Source: an uncultured Beijerinckiaceae bacterium
GTDB lineage: Bacteria > Pseudomonadota > Alphaproteobacteria > Rhizobiales > Beijerinckiaceae
Direction of reading: 5' to 3'
NCBI GenBank assembly: GCA_937873345.1
Contig: CALMRL010000304.1
Span: 1-37,772 of the forward strand
Length of the DNA stretch: 37,772 bases
The notes under the pieces were generated by a model. The model was not told the DNA's origin and did no database searches. It saw only the letters and a program-made list of their open reading frames with translations. Shown piece after piece: positions 11,565 through 23,125 of this stretch; the first letter of the stretch is position 1, and the number at the start of each line of letters is the position of its first letter. Both the position numbers and the translations under genes were made by a program.

Positions 11565-12260
11565 TCACTGCCGGAACGGGAAATTGAATGCGCGCAACAG
11601 AGCACGCGCCTCGTCGTCGGTCTTTGCCGTCGTGCAGACGATCACATCCATGCCGAGGATGGAATCCACTTTGTCGTAGTTGATCTCGGGAAATACGATG
11701 TGTTCCTTGATCCCCATCGCAAAGTTGCCGCGCCCGTCGAAGCTCCTGGCGTTGAGGCCGCGGAAGTCGCGCACGCGCGGCAGAGCAATGGTGATCAGCC
11801 TGTCGAGGAACTCGTACATGCGGACCTTGCGCAAGGTGACCTTGCAGCCGATCGGCATGTTCTCGCGTACCTTGAACGTTGAGATGGCGTTGCGGGCGCG
11901 GGTGATAACCGGCCGTTGCCCGGCGATCAGTGCCAAGTCGGCGGCGGCAAGAGTCACCTTCTTGGTATCGTTGACCGCCTCGCCGACACCCATGTTCAGC
12001 ACGATCTTGTCGATGACCGGCACTTCGAGAGGATTCTTGTAGTTGAACTCCTCGATCATCTTTTGGCGCACCACTTCGTCATAGTGGTTGCGCAGGCGCG
12101 GAACGTAGCCCTCCGGCACCGCGAGGCTGTCGGACGACGCGGTCTGGTAGGACAGCGCCACGCGGCCGATCTTCTCGGTCGGGACGGCCTTGGAGTCCTT
12201 GCCGGCACCCTTTGCTCCGCCCTTGGCGGGCGCGCCTTTGCCGCCCTTGGGGTCAGCCAT
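11565..12260 (-). CDS. rplE: 50S ribosomal protein L5 with an unusual N-terminal extension
   Basis: [10 protein letters not shown] and LPRVRDFRG; ATG overlaps the rplX stop (ATGGCTGA). Confidence 0.97.
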   Translation of the reverse strand: MADPKGGKGAPAKGGAKGAGKDSKAVPTEKIGRVALSYQTASSDSLAVPEGYVPRLRNHYDEVVRQKMIEEFNYKNPLEVPVIDKIVLNMGVGEAVNDTKKVTLAAADLALIAGQRPVITRARNAISTFKVRENMPIGCKVTLRKVRMYEFLDRLITIALPRVRDFRGLNARSFDGRGNFAMGIKEHIVFPEINYDKVDSILGMDVIVCTTAKTDDEARALLRAFNFPFRQ

Positions 12261-12570
12261 CGATCAGGTCTCCGGAAAGCTTGGCGAAGCGGACCTTGCG
12301 GCCATCCTCGAGGATCTTGAAGCCGACGCGGCTCGGCTTGCCATCGCGCGGGTCGGCAATCAGCAGGTTCGACAACTGGATCGCCGCCTCCTTCGAGAGG
12401 ATGCCGGCCTCCTGCGTCTGCGTCTGCTTCTGGTGACGCTTGACCATATTGACACCCTGGACGACGGCACGTCCCTCCTTCGGCATCACGGTCAGTACCT
12501 TCCCGGTGCGTCCCTTGTCGCGGCCGGTGATCACGACGACGCTGTCACCCTTCTTGATCTTGGCTGCCAT
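12253..12570 (-). CDS. rplX: 50S ribosomal protein L24
   Basis: [23 protein letters not shown] motif; ATG 12570 overlaps the rplN stop. Confidence 0.97.
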   Translation of the reverse strand: MAAKIKKGDSVVVITGRDKGRTGKVLTVMPKEGRAVVQGVNMVKRHQKQTQTQEAGILSKEAAIQLSNLLIADPRDGKPSRVGFKILEDGRKVRFAKLSGDLIDG

Positions 12571-12938
12571 CACAGCACCTCCGGCGCCAGCGAGATGATC
12601 TTCATGTGATTGCGGGCGCGGAGTTCGCGCGGCACCGGCCCGAAGATGCGGGTACCCACCGGCTCGGAGTTGTTGTTGATCAGCACAGCGGCGTTGCCGT
12701 CGAAGCGGATCACCGTTCCGTCGGCTCGCTTGATGTCCTTGGCGGTGCGAACCACCACCGCCTTCATCACGTCGCCCTTCTTCACGCGACCGCGAGGGAT
12801 CGCCTCCTTGATCGAGACGACGATGATGTCGCCGACGCCGGCGTACTTGCGCTTGGAGCCGCCGAGAACCTTCACGCACATCACGCGCCGCGCGCCGGAA
12901 TTATCCGCCACGTCGAGGTTCGTCTGCATCTGTATCAT
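12570..12938 (-). CDS. rplN: 50S ribosomal protein L14
   Basis: [16 protein letters not shown]...SLAPEVL. Confidence 0.99.
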   Translation of the reverse strand: MIQMQTNLDVADNSGARRVMCVKVLGGSKRKYAGVGDIIVVSIKEAIPRGRVKKGDVMKAVVVRTAKDIKRADGTVIRFDGNAAVLINNNSEPVGTRIFGPVPRELRARNHMKIISLAPEVL

Positions 12939-13092
12939 GGCCTGTGGCCTTCCTTTCAGATCGGTTTCCGCTGCACCGTCGGCGGGAGCGGACTACGCCT
13001 GGAGGGGATGGGATGTCCCCGTCCCTATGGAGGTTGACGGCGCACGCCAGCGATCAGCTTGGGCGCCGAAGCACGGTGAGGACAGGCAAACG

Positions 13093-13344
13093 TCAGCCCG
13101 CGGTCGCAGCGCCGCCACGTTCGACGACGATCCAACGCTTCAGCCGGGAGATCGGCTTGGTCTCCTCGATCGCGACGCTGTCGCCAACCTTGTAGGCGCC
13201 GACCTCGTCATGGGCATGGTAGTTCTTGGAGCGGCGAACGGTCTTCTTCAACAGCGGATGGGTGAAGCGGCGCTCCACCTTCACGACGACAGTCTTCTCC
13301 TGCTTATCGGAAACGACGACGCCTTGGAGTACGCGCTTCGGCAT
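13093..13344 (-). CDS. rpsQ: 30S ribosomal protein S17
   Basis: [14 protein letters not shown] and [11 protein letters not shown]. Confidence 0.98.
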   Translation of the reverse strand: MPKRVLQGVVVSDKQEKTVVVKVERRFTHPLLKKTVRRSKNYHAHDEVGAYKVGDSVAIEETKPISRLKRWIVVERGGAATAG

Positions 13345-13356
13345 GAACTTCTATTC

Positions 13357-13602
13357 CTACTTAGCAACCGGAGTGGGCGCCGGCTTGGGCACGCGCCCGG
13401 AGGACGCCTTCTTGGCGCAGGCCAGCGTCTTCACGCGGGCGATGTCGCGGCGCACGACGCGAACCCGCGCGGTGTTCTCCAGTTGCCCGGTCGCACGTTG
13501 AAAACGCAGGTTGAACTGCTCCTTCTTCAGGTTCAGGACCTCCTGGTCAAGCTGATCCTCGCTCATCGCGCGCAGATCGGAGAGACGGCTATCAGACTTC
13601 AC
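13357..13602 (-). CDS. rpmC: 50S ribosomal protein L29
   Basis: [19 protein letters not shown]; GTG start; Lys/Pro/Ala-rich C-terminal tail. Confidence 0.96.
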   Translation of the reverse strand: MKSDSRLSDLRAMSEDQLDQEVLNLKKEQFNLRFQRATGQLENTARVRVVRRDIARVKTLACAKKASSGRVPKPAPTPVAK

Positions 13603-13606
13603 AATC

Positions 13607-14020
13607 CTACTCCGGGATGCGCTCGACGAAGCGCGTCTTGATCGGCAGCTTGGCGGCGGCGAGCGTCAACGCTTCGCGCGCCAGCGTCACCGGCACGCCG
13701 TCGAGCTCGAACATGATGCGTCCGGGCGCCACGCGGGCGGCCCAAAACTCGATGCCGCCCTTGCCCTTGCCCATCCGGACCTCGGTCGGCTTCTTCGTCA
13801 CCGGCACGTCGGGGAACACGCGGATCCAAACGCGCCCGGCGCGCTTCATGTGACGCGTCATCGCCCGGCGGGCCGCCTCGATCTGGCGAGCGGTGACACG
13901 CTCAGGCTCCATCGCCTTCAGGCCGAACTGGCCAAAGTTCAACTCAGCACCGCCCTTGGTGGCGCCGCTGATCCGACCCTTGAAGGTCTTGCGGAACTTC
14001 GTCTTCTTGGGTTGCAACAT
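13607..14020 (-). CDS. rplP: 50S ribosomal protein L16
   Basis: [11 protein letters not shown] and EVRMGKGKG. Confidence 0.99.
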   Translation of the reverse strand: MLQPKKTKFRKTFKGRISGATKGGAELNFGQFGLKAMEPERVTARQIEAARRAMTRHMKRAGRVWIRVFPDVPVTKKPTEVRMGKGKGGIEFWAARVAPGRIMFELDGVPVTLAREALTLAAAKLPIKTRFVERIPE

Positions 14021-14052
14021 GCGATGACGCTTTCAGCCGTACGTTCTTGTTC

Positions 14053-14775
14053 TCAGGCCGCGTCGCGATCGCGGTCGCGACGGTGACGACGCTCCCCGCC
14101 ACCGTGATCCTGCTCAGCGAGCTTGCGATCCTGGGCCATCGGATCGTGCTCGAGGATCTCGCCCTTGAAGATCCACACCTTGATGCCGCAGGTGCCATAA
14201 GCGGTGTGGGCGGTGGCAGTACCGTAATCCACGTCGGCGCGCAACGTATGCAACGGCACGCGACCCTCGCGGTACCATTCCAGGCGGGCGATCTCGGCAC
14301 CGCCGAGACGGCCGGCGCAGTTGATGCGGATACCCTCGGCGCCGAGCCGCATCGCCGACTGCACGGCGCGCTTCATCGCGCGACGAAAGGCAACACGGCG
14401 CTCCAACTGCTGCGCGATCGAATCGGCGACCAGCGTGGCGTCCACCTCGGGCTTGCGCACCTCCAGGATGTTGATGACGACTTCGGAGTCGGTCATCTTC
14501 GCAACCTGCTTGCGGATCTTATCGATATCCGCACCCTTCTTGCCGATCACCACGCCAGGCCGCGCCGAGTGGATGGTCACGCGGCACTTCTTCAAAGGCC
14601 GCTCGATGATGATCTTCGAGACCGCAGCCTGCTTCAGCGTCTTCATCAGGGCCTCGCGGATCGCGATGTCCTCGTGAAGCAGGTCGGCATAGTGGTTTTT
14701 ACCGGCGAACCAGCGCGAGTCCCAAGTCCGGTTTATGCCAAGCCGGAGGCCGACGGGATTGACCTTCTGTCCCAT
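14053..14775 (-). CDS. rpsC: 30S ribosomal protein S3
   Basis: [13 protein letters not shown] and [11 protein letters not shown]. Confidence 0.99.
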   Translation of the reverse strand: MGQKVNPVGLRLGINRTWDSRWFAGKNHYADLLHEDIAIREALMKTLKQAAVSKIIIERPLKKCRVTIHSARPGVVIGKKGADIDKIRKQVAKMTDSEVVINILEVRKPEVDATLVADSIAQQLERRVAFRRAMKRAVQSAMRLGAEGIRINCAGRLGGAEIARLEWYREGRVPLHTLRADVDYGTATAHTAYGTCGIKVWIFKGEILEHDPMAQDRKLAEQDHGGGERRHRRDRDRDAA

Positions 14776-14784
14776 GATCGCTCC

Positions 14785-15192
14785 TCAGGCCGCCTTACGG
14801 GCCGGCTGCGCCGAAGCATCGACCGCGACCTCGCGGACGACGATCGTCAGATTGCTGAACGGCTTGCTGATCCGCCCCGCCCGTCCGCGGGCACGCGGAC
14901 TGAAGCGCTTCATCACGATGCCCTTGCCGACATGCGCCTCCGCGACGACAAGATCGTCAACGTCCAGGTCGTGGTTGTTCTCGGCGTTGGAAATCGCACT
15001 CTGCAGCGTTTTGCGAACCTCGACGGCGATCCGTTTCTGCGAGAACTCGAGTTCTGCGAGCGCTCGCTCGACACGCTTGCCACGGATCAGCTGCGCCAGC
15101 AGATTCAATTTCTGTGGGCTGACGCGCAGCATGCAGCACACCGCCTTGGCCTCGTTCTCGGCCTGCGCGCGAGGAGTCTTCTCCTTGGACAT
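14785..15192 (-). CDS. rplV: 50S ribosomal protein L22
   Basis: [18 protein letters not shown] and PRARGRA. Confidence 0.98.
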   Translation of the reverse strand: MSKEKTPRAQAENEAKAVCCMLRVSPQKLNLLAQLIRGKRVERALAELEFSQKRIAVEVRKTLQSAISNAENNHDLDVDDLVVAEAHVGKGIVMKRFSPRARGRAGRISKPFSNLTIVVREVAVDASAQPARKAA

Positions 15193-15470
15193 CAGCCCCT
15201 CTTCGCTTTCTTGTCGGCGGCGTGGCCATGGAACGTCCGCGTCGGCGAAAACTCGCCGAGCTTATGGCCGATCATATCCTCGGTGATGTTCACCGGTATA
15301 TGCTTGTGCCCATTGTAGACGCCGAACGTCAGGCCGACGAACTGCGGCAGGATGGTCGAACGCCGACTCCAGGTCTTGATCACCTCAGAGCGCTTCGCAT
15401 TGCGCGCGTTCTCCGCCTTCTTCAGCATGTAACCGTCGATGAACGGCCCCTTCCAAATCGATCGGGTCAT
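15192..15470 (-). CDS. rpsS: 30S ribosomal protein S19
   Basis: RSIWKGPF and [11 protein letters not shown]. Confidence 0.99.
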   Translation of the reverse strand: MTRSIWKGPFIDGYMLKKAENARNAKRSEVIKTWSRRSTILPQFVGLTFGVYNGHKHIPVNITEDMIGHKLGEFSPTRTFHGHAADKKAKRG

Positions 15471-15475
15471 CGCGT

Positions 15476-16312
15476 TCAGCCCTTCTTGCTCTTGTGACGC
15501 GACGTCACGATGAAGCGGTCGGTGGACTTGTTGGAGCGGGTCTTCTTGCCCTTGGTCGGCTTGCCCCAGGGCGTGACGGGATGACGGCCACCCGAGGTGC
15601 GGCCCTCGCCACCGCCGTGGGGGTGGTCGACCGGGTTCATCGTCACGCCGCGATTGTGCGGGCGGCGACCAAGCCAGCGCGATCGGCCCGCCTTGCCGAT
15701 CGAAGCGTTCATGTGGTCAGGGTTCGACACCGCGCCAACGGTACCGAAGCATTGTCCGTTCACCAGCCGTTGCTCGCCCGAGTTCAGGCGGACGATGACG
15801 TATCCCTGGTCACGCCCGACCACCTGGGCAAAGGTGCCGGCAGAACGCACCATCGCGCCGCCCTTGCCGATCTTCAGCTCGACGTTATGGACGATGGTGC
15901 CGACGGGCATGTTGGCGAGCGCCATCGCGTTCCCAGGCTTCACGTCGACCTGGCTGCCAGCAATCACCTCATCGCCGACGGAAAGACGCTGAGGCGCCAA
16001 GATGTACGACAGCTCGTCGTCGGCATAGCGGATCAGGGCGATGAAGGCGGAGCGATTCGGATCGTATTCCAAGCGCTCGACCTTGGCCGGCACGTTGAGC
16101 TTGCGCCGCTTGAAATCAACGATGCGATAGGCCTGCTTGTGGCCACCGCCGCGGAAGCGGACGGTGACACGGCCGGTGTTGTTGCGGCCACCAGCCGAGT
16201 TCAGGCCTTCGGTCAGCGTCTTGAGCGGTTTGCCCTTGTAGAGAGCCGAACGGTCGACGATGACGAGCTGGCGAAGGCTCGGCGTGACCGGGTTGAATGT
16301 CTTGAGTGCCAT
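15476..16312 (-). CDS. rplB: 50S ribosomal protein L2
   Basis: [12 protein letters not shown] and [13 protein letters not shown]. Confidence 0.99.
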   Translation of the reverse strand: MALKTFNPVTPSLRQLVIVDRSALYKGKPLKTLTEGLNSAGGRNNTGRVTVRFRGGGHKQAYRIVDFKRRKLNVPAKVERLEYDPNRSAFIALIRYADDELSYILAPQRLSVGDEVIAGSQVDVKPGNAMALANMPVGTIVHNVELKIGKGGAMVRSAGTFAQVVGRDQGYVIVRLNSGEQRLVNGQCFGTVGAVSNPDHMNASIGKAGRSRWLGRRPHNRGVTMNPVDHPHGGGEGRTSGGRHPVTPWGKPTKGKKTRSNKSTDRFIVTSRHKSKKG

Positions 16313-16322
16313 GAACTGAACC

Positions 16323-16661
16323 CTAGAGACCGGTGGTCACGTCGATGCGATCGCCTTCGGCGAGCGTGACAATGGCCTTCTTCACGTCGGACTGGCGGCC
16401 GCGGATACCGCGAAAGCTCTTCAGCTTGCCCTTGCGGATAAGGGTGTTGACCCCCGTCACCTTGACCTCGAACAAGCGCTCGATGGCAACCTTGATCTCC
16501 TCCTTCGTCGCATCCTTGCGCACGTCGAAGACGACCTTGTTCTGCTCACTCGCCATCGTCGCCTTCTCGGTGATCACCGGCGAGAGGATGACGTCGTAAT
16601 GCTTGGCCTCGGCGGCCCTCCCCGCATTGGCTTTCGCGGCGTTCGACTTGCCAGCATTCAT
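16323..16661 (-). CDS. rplW: 50S ribosomal protein L23
   Basis: PVITEKAT and KKAIVTL; ATGA overlap with the rplD stop. Confidence 0.97.
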   Translation of the reverse strand: MNAGKSNAAKANAGRAAEAKHYDVILSPVITEKATMASEQNKVVFDVRKDATKEEIKVAIERLFEVKVTGVNTLIRKGKLKSFRGIRGRQSDVKKAIVTLAEGDRIDVTTGL

Positions 16662-17293
16662 CGGAACCGCGCCTCCAGCGCGTCCACCGCGGCCCTGGTC
16701 AGGACCAGCTTCTCGCGGCGCAGTATGTCATAGACGTTGATGCCCTGGATCGGCAGCACATCGATGTTATGGATGTTGCGGGCGGCAAGCGCGAACGTCT
16801 CATTGGTCTGCGAACCATCGACGATCAGGGCGTTGGCCAGCCCGATCTTGCCGAAATTCTCGACAAGCACCTTGGTCTTGCCCTCTGCGAGCGACGCGTC
16901 GGCCCAGACGATCAAATCGCCACCTTTGGCCTTCGCGGACAGCGCGTGCTTCAGCGCCAGCGCACGAACCTTCTTCGGCAGATCGTGCGCGTGGTCGCGC
17001 GACACCGGACCGAAAGCCTTGCCGCCGCCGCGGAACTGCGGGGCGCGGGCCGACCCATGGCGAGCGCCGCCGGAACCCTTCTGCTTCACCATCTTCTTGC
17101 CGGTCCGGGCGATGTCGGCCCGAGCCTTTGACTGGTGAGTGCCTGCGCGGCGCTTGGCCAACTGGTAGCGGACCATCCGAGCGATCAAGTCACGGCGCGG
17201 CTCCAGGCCGAAGATCGCGTCATCGAGATCGATCGAAGCGCCTGCATCGCCGTTCTGATGCATGCTGTCGTGGGAGGTGATATCGAGCTTCAT
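16658..17293 (-). CDS. rplD: 50S ribosomal protein L4
   Basis: [11 protein letters not shown] and APQFRGGG; start at ATG 17293 (MKLDIT). Confidence 0.97.
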   Translation of the reverse strand: MKLDITSHDSMHQNGDAGASIDLDDAIFGLEPRRDLIARMVRYQLAKRRAGTHQSKARADIARTGKKMVKQKGSGGARHGSARAPQFRGGGKAFGPVSRDHAHDLPKKVRALALKHALSAKAKGGDLIVWADASLAEGKTKVLVENFGKIGLANALIVDGSQTNETFALAARNIHNIDVLPIQGINVYDILRREKLVLTRAAVDALEARFR

Positions 17294-17298
17294 GACCC

Positions 17299-18072
17299 TC
17301 AAGCCTCCGCAGGCGGCTGCGCGCCAGCCTCGGTTGCACCGATGTCGGCCTGATCGGAGCGAACCTCGTCTTCATGAGCCGCGCCGTTCTTCTCCGCCTG
17401 CATTCGGAACCTGCCGGGCTGCGGCACGTCCTTCGGCAACACCTTCTTGACGGCGTCGCGAACGAAGATCCAGCCGCCGGCGGTACCGGGCACGGCACCC
17501 TCGACCAGGATCAAGCCGCGCTCGACATCGGTCTGCACGACGCGGAGGTTCAACGTGGTCACCCGATCGCAACCGAGATGGCCGGCCATCTTCTTGTTCT
17601 TGAACGTCTTACCAGGGTCCTGGCGACCACCGGTCGAGCCATGCGAACGGTGTGAGATCGACACGCCGTGCGAAGCGCGCAGGCCACCGAAGTTCCAGCG
17701 CTTCATCGGGCCGGCAAAACCCTTGCCGGTGGCCGTGCCGGTGACGTCGACGAACTGCCCAGTGATGAAGTGGTCGGCAGTGATTTCGGCGCCAACCGGA
17801 ATCATCCCGTCCTCTGGAACGCGAAACTCAGCCAGCTTCATCTTCGGCTCGACATTGGCGATTGCGAAGTTGCCGCGCTGCGCCTTCGAGACGTTCTTCA
17901 CCTTGGCCCGACCGATCCCGAGTTGCAGCGCCGTATAGCCGTTGAGGTCCACGGTGCGATGGCCGACGACTTGGCACCCTTCGAGTTTCAGCACGGTGAC
18001 GGGCACATGCTCGCCAGCGTCCGTGAACACCCGCGTCATCCCGACTTTTTGTGCGATAACACCTGACCGCAT
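17299..18072 (-). CDS. rplC: 50S ribosomal protein L3
   Basis: [19 protein letters not shown] and [13 protein letters not shown]; start at ATG 18072. Confidence 0.98.
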   Translation of the reverse strand: MRSGVIAQKVGMTRVFTDAGEHVPVTVLKLEGCQVVGHRTVDLNGYTALQLGIGRAKVKNVSKAQRGNFAIANVEPKMKLAEFRVPEDGMIPVGAEITADHFITGQFVDVTGTATGKGFAGPMKRWNFGGLRASHGVSISHRSHGSTGGRQDPGKTFKNKKMAGHLGCDRVTTLNLRVVQTDVERGLILVEGAVPGTAGGWIFVRDAVKKVLPKDVPQPGRFRMQAEKNGAAHEDEVRSDQADIGATEAGAQPPAEA

Positions 18073-18134
18073 ATCTTCTTCACTCCCGGAGGCGCACGCG
18101 ACCTTTCGGCCCGGCGTAGCTCCGCATTTCAATC

Positions 18135-18443
18135 CTAGAGCTTGATCTCGACATCGACGCCCGCAGCGAGATCGAGCTTCATCAAGGCGTCCACCGTCTG
18201 CGGGGTGGGGTCCACGATGTCGAGGACGCGCTTGTGCGTCCTGATCTCGAACTGCTCGCGCGACTTCTTATCGACGTGGGGCGAGCGGTTCACCGTGAAC
18301 TTCTCGATCTTCGTCGGCAGTGGGATGGGGCCGCGAACCTGCGCCCCCGTCCTGCGCGCCGTCGAGACGATCTCCTTCGTCGACGTATCAAGGACACGAT
18401 GGTCGAACGCCTTGAGCCGAATCCGGATATTCTGGCCGTTCAT
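18135..18443 (-). CDS. rpsJ: 30S ribosomal protein S10
   Basis: IRIRLKAFD and [14 protein letters not shown]. Confidence 0.99.
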   Translation of the reverse strand: MNGQNIRIRLKAFDHRVLDTSTKEIVSTARRTGAQVRGPIPLPTKIEKFTVNRSPHVDKKSREQFEIRTHKRVLDIVDPTPQTVDALMKLDLAAGVDVEIKL

Positions 18444-18489
18444 TGTCTATTCTTTCCTGCTCGACCAGTCCGGCCGCGACGATCCAGCT

Positions 18490-19680
18490 CTACGCGGTAA
18501 TCGCGGCGACAACGCCGGCGCCAACTGTGCGACCGCCCTCGCGAATGGCGAAGCGCAGCTTCTCCTCCATCGCGATCGGGACGATCAGCTCGACGTCCAT
18601 CGTCACGCTATCGCCCGGCATCACCATCTCCGTGCCCTCGGGCAGGGTGCATACACCAGTCACGTCCGTGGTGCGGAAGTAGAACTGCGGGCGATAATTG
18701 GTGAAGAACGGCGTATGGCGACCGCCCTCGTCCTTGGTGAGGATGTAGGCCTCAGCCTTGAACTTGGTGTGCGGCTTTACGGTGCCGGGCTTGCACAGCA
18801 CCTGACCGCGCTCAACATCTTCGCGCTTGGTGCCGCGCAGCAGAGCGCCGATGTTATCACCGGCCTGACCCTGGTCGAGCAGTTTGCGAAACATCTCGAC
18901 ACCGGTGACGGTGGTCTTGACGGTCGGGCGCAGACCGACGATCTCGATCTCCTCACCGACCTTGACCACACCCCGTTCGACGCGGCCGGTGACCACGGTG
19001 CCGCGTCCCGAGATCGAGAACACGTCCTCGACCGGCATCAGGAACGGCTGATCGATCGGACGTTCCGGCTGCGGGATGTAGGAGTCCACCGTTTCCATCA
19101 GCTTGAGGATGGCGTCGTGACCGATCTCCGGCTGCTTGGACTCCAGCGCGCAAAGCGCCGAACCCTTGGTGATCGGGATGTCATCGCCGGGGAACTCGTA
19201 CTTGGAGAGCAATTCGCGAACCTCGAGTTCCACAAGCTCCAGCAGCTCCTCGTCATCGACCATGTCGACCTTGTTCATGAACACGACCAGCGCCGGCACG
19301 CTTATTTTTTTTTTGATAAGGATATGATCGAGTTTTTGAGTCTTTGGGGCGTCGGCAGCGGAAACGACGAGGATCGCACCGTCCATCTGCGCGGCGCCGG
19401 TGATCATGTTCTTCACATAGTCCGCGTGGCCGGGGCAGTCGACGTGGGCATAGTGCCGGTTCTTGGTCTCGTATTCGACGTGCGCCGTCGAGATCGTGAT
19501 GCCGCGCGCCTTCTCCTCAGGCGCCTTGTCAATCTGGTCGTAGGCAGTGTAGGTGGCGCCGCCCGACTCGGCGAGCACTTTGGTAATCGCCGCAGTCAGC
19601 GATGTCTTGCCGTGATCGACGTGGCCGATCGTGCCGATATTGCAATGCGGCTTGTTGCGGGAAAACTTCTCTTTACCCAT
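18490..19680 (-). CDS. tuf: Elongation factor Tu (contains an anomalous 17-codon segment at 19300-19350)
   Basis: [22 protein letters not shown] and REGGRTVG; 396 aa; follows fusA. Confidence 0.97.
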   Translation of the reverse strand: MGKEKFSRNKPHCNIGTIGHVDHGKTSLTAAITKVLAESGGATYTAYDQIDKAPEEKARGITISTAHVEYETKNRHYAHVDCPGHADYVKNMITGAAQMDGAILVVSAADAPKTQKLDHILIKKKISVPALVVFMNKVDMVDDEELLELVELEVRELLSKYEFPGDDIPITKGSALCALESKQPEIGHDAILKLMETVDSYIPQPERPIDQPFLMPVEDVFSISGRGTVVTGRVERGVVKVGEEIEIVGLRPTVKTTVTGVEMFRKLLDQGQAGDNIGALLRGTKREDVERGQVLCKPGTVKPHTKFKAEAYILTKDEGGRHTPFFTNYRPQFYFRTTDVTGVCTLPEGTEMVMPGDSVTMDVELIVPIAMEEKLRFAIREGGRTVGAGVVAAITA

Positions 19681-19738
19681 CGGAGGGCTCCTTCAAATCG
19701 GGTGTCGGGTTGCTTGATGCGAAGTGGCTCAGGCCGGC

Positions 19739-21814
<2,076 letters not shown>

Positions 21815-21850
21815 CGGGCTCAATCCTAATGCGTGGGGACGCCTGGGCGA

Positions 21851-22321
21851 TTACCAGCGATAGTGCGAGAAGGCGCGGTTGGCTTCCGCCATCCGATGGG
21901 TGTCTTCACGCTTCTTGACCGCGTTGCCACGGTTGTTGGCTGCATCGAGCAGTTCGGCCGAGAGGCGATCGATCATCGTCTTGTCGTTGCGACCGCGAGC
22001 CGCCGTGATCAGCCAGCGAATGGCCAGAGCCTGCCGACGCTCAAGACGGACCTCGACCGGAACCTGGTAGGTGGCGCCGCCGACGCGCCGCGAACGCACC
22101 TCGATCGCGGGCGCGACGTTCTCCAACGCCTGCTTAAACACCGGCAGCGGTTCCTGCCGAGTGCGCTGCTCGATGATCTCCATCGCGCCGTAGACGATCG
22201 ATTCAGCTACTGACTTCTTGCCGTCATACATGATGGAATTCATAAACTTGGTCACGATCACGTCGTGGAACTTGGCGTCTGGGATGATCTCGCGCTTCTC
22301 GGCGCTATGGCGGCGGGACAT
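21851..22321 (-). CDS. rpsG: 30S ribosomal protein S7
   Basis: [12 protein letters not shown] and [12 protein letters not shown]. Confidence 0.99.
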   Translation of the reverse strand: MSRRHSAEKREIIPDAKFHDVIVTKFMNSIMYDGKKSVAESIVYGAMEIIEQRTRQEPLPVFKQALENVAPAIEVRSRRVGGATYQVPVEVRLERRQALAIRWLITAARGRNDKTMIDRLSAELLDAANNRGNAVKKREDTHRMAEANRAFSHYRW

Positions 22322-22368
22322 GGGGCCTCTCGGAAAACTGGCGTGTGACGTCGCGGGAGCGGAAGCGC

Positions 22369-22740
22369 TTACTTCGGCCGCTTGGCGCCGTACTTGGAGC
22401 GACGCTGCTTGCGGTTCTTGACGCCCTGCGTATCCAGTACGCCGCGCAGGATGTGGTAGCGAACGCCCGGCAGGTCCTTGACGCGTCCCCCTCGAATCAT
22501 CACCACCGAGTGTTCCTGCAAATTATGGCCCTCACCAGGGATATAGCCGATCACCTCGAAGCCGTTCGTCAGGCGCACCTTGGCGACCTTGCGCATCGCC
22601 GAGTTCGGCTTCTTCGGCGTTGTCGTATAGACGCGGGTGCACACGCCGCGCTTCTGCGGGCAGGACTGCAGGTGACGCGCCTTCGACGCGTAGGTACTCG
22701 CCACGCGGGGCTTGCGGATGAGCTGGCTGATCGTCGGCAT
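22369..22740 (-). CDS. rpsL: 30S ribosomal protein S12
   Basis: TTPKKPNSA and [12 protein letters not shown]. Confidence 0.99.
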   Translation of the reverse strand: MPTISQLIRKPRVASTYASKARHLQSCPQKRGVCTRVYTTTPKKPNSAMRKVAKVRLTNGFEVIGYIPGEGHNLQEHSVVMIRGGRVKDLPGVRYHILRGVLDTQGVKNRKQRRSKYGAKRPK

Positions 22741-23024
22741 CGTGCTTTCTAGGACCCTAGCTGACTTTCGGCCGCCGCCTCACGGCGACGAACGTATTCG
22801 AGGCGACCGGAACGCGAACGGTCAGCGCCATCGGCCGCGGAGGCTCTTGGCACTGTCGCTGAGGCAGAGGATCCCGAGGTCGCCCGGGATCATGCATTCC
22901 GTGGTCCGGCTCGCCGGACGAGAACAACTCAGTCGCTGGTACCGACAGCGTCTAGTCTTCCAGACATCCCAGGACTCGGCGCCCGAGGAAAAGGAATGAT
23001 CTACGGCCTGTCGAAAGTTCGCCC

Positions 23025-23053
23025 TACCTATGCGGCTCGGCGCGGGGCGTCAA
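23025..23053 (-). promoter_or_regulatory. Candidate sigma70 promoter of the rpsL (str) operon
   Basis: Minus strand TTGACG-17 nt-TAGGTA, about 285 nt upstream of rpsL and just downstream of the inserted gene. Confidence 0.6.
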
Positions 23054-23079
23054 CCGTTTTCCCGCAGGTCGACCGTGTG

Positions 23080-23123
23080 GCGTCCGGATCCGACGCCGTC
23101 GACGCGGCACCGGATCCGGACGC
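23080..23123. repeat. Perfect 13-bp inverted repeat (hairpin) immediately 3' of the Gly/Tyr-rich gene
   Basis: GCGTCCGGATCCG (23080-23092) pairs with CGGATCCGGACGC (23111-23123), plus an inner GCCG/CGGC stem; no U-tract. Confidence 0.7.
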
Positions 23124-23125
23124 GT

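Noticed and set aside
12939-13092. Possible sRNA or promoter in the rpsQ-rplN spacer (GGGATGGGA/TCCCCGTCCC stem)
   Set aside because: Only a weak imperfect hairpin, with no convincing promoter or family signature.
15130-15141. Cys-Cys in L22 (AVCCML) as a metal or redox site
   Set aside because: This is explainable by a single-base variant of the usual Arg codon, and no other ligands are apparent.
19300-19350. Diversity-generating retroelement variable region or phase-variable poly-T tract in tuf
   Set aside because: There is no reverse transcriptase or template repeat in the window. The implied changes go toward A rather than away from A, and the frame is preserved.
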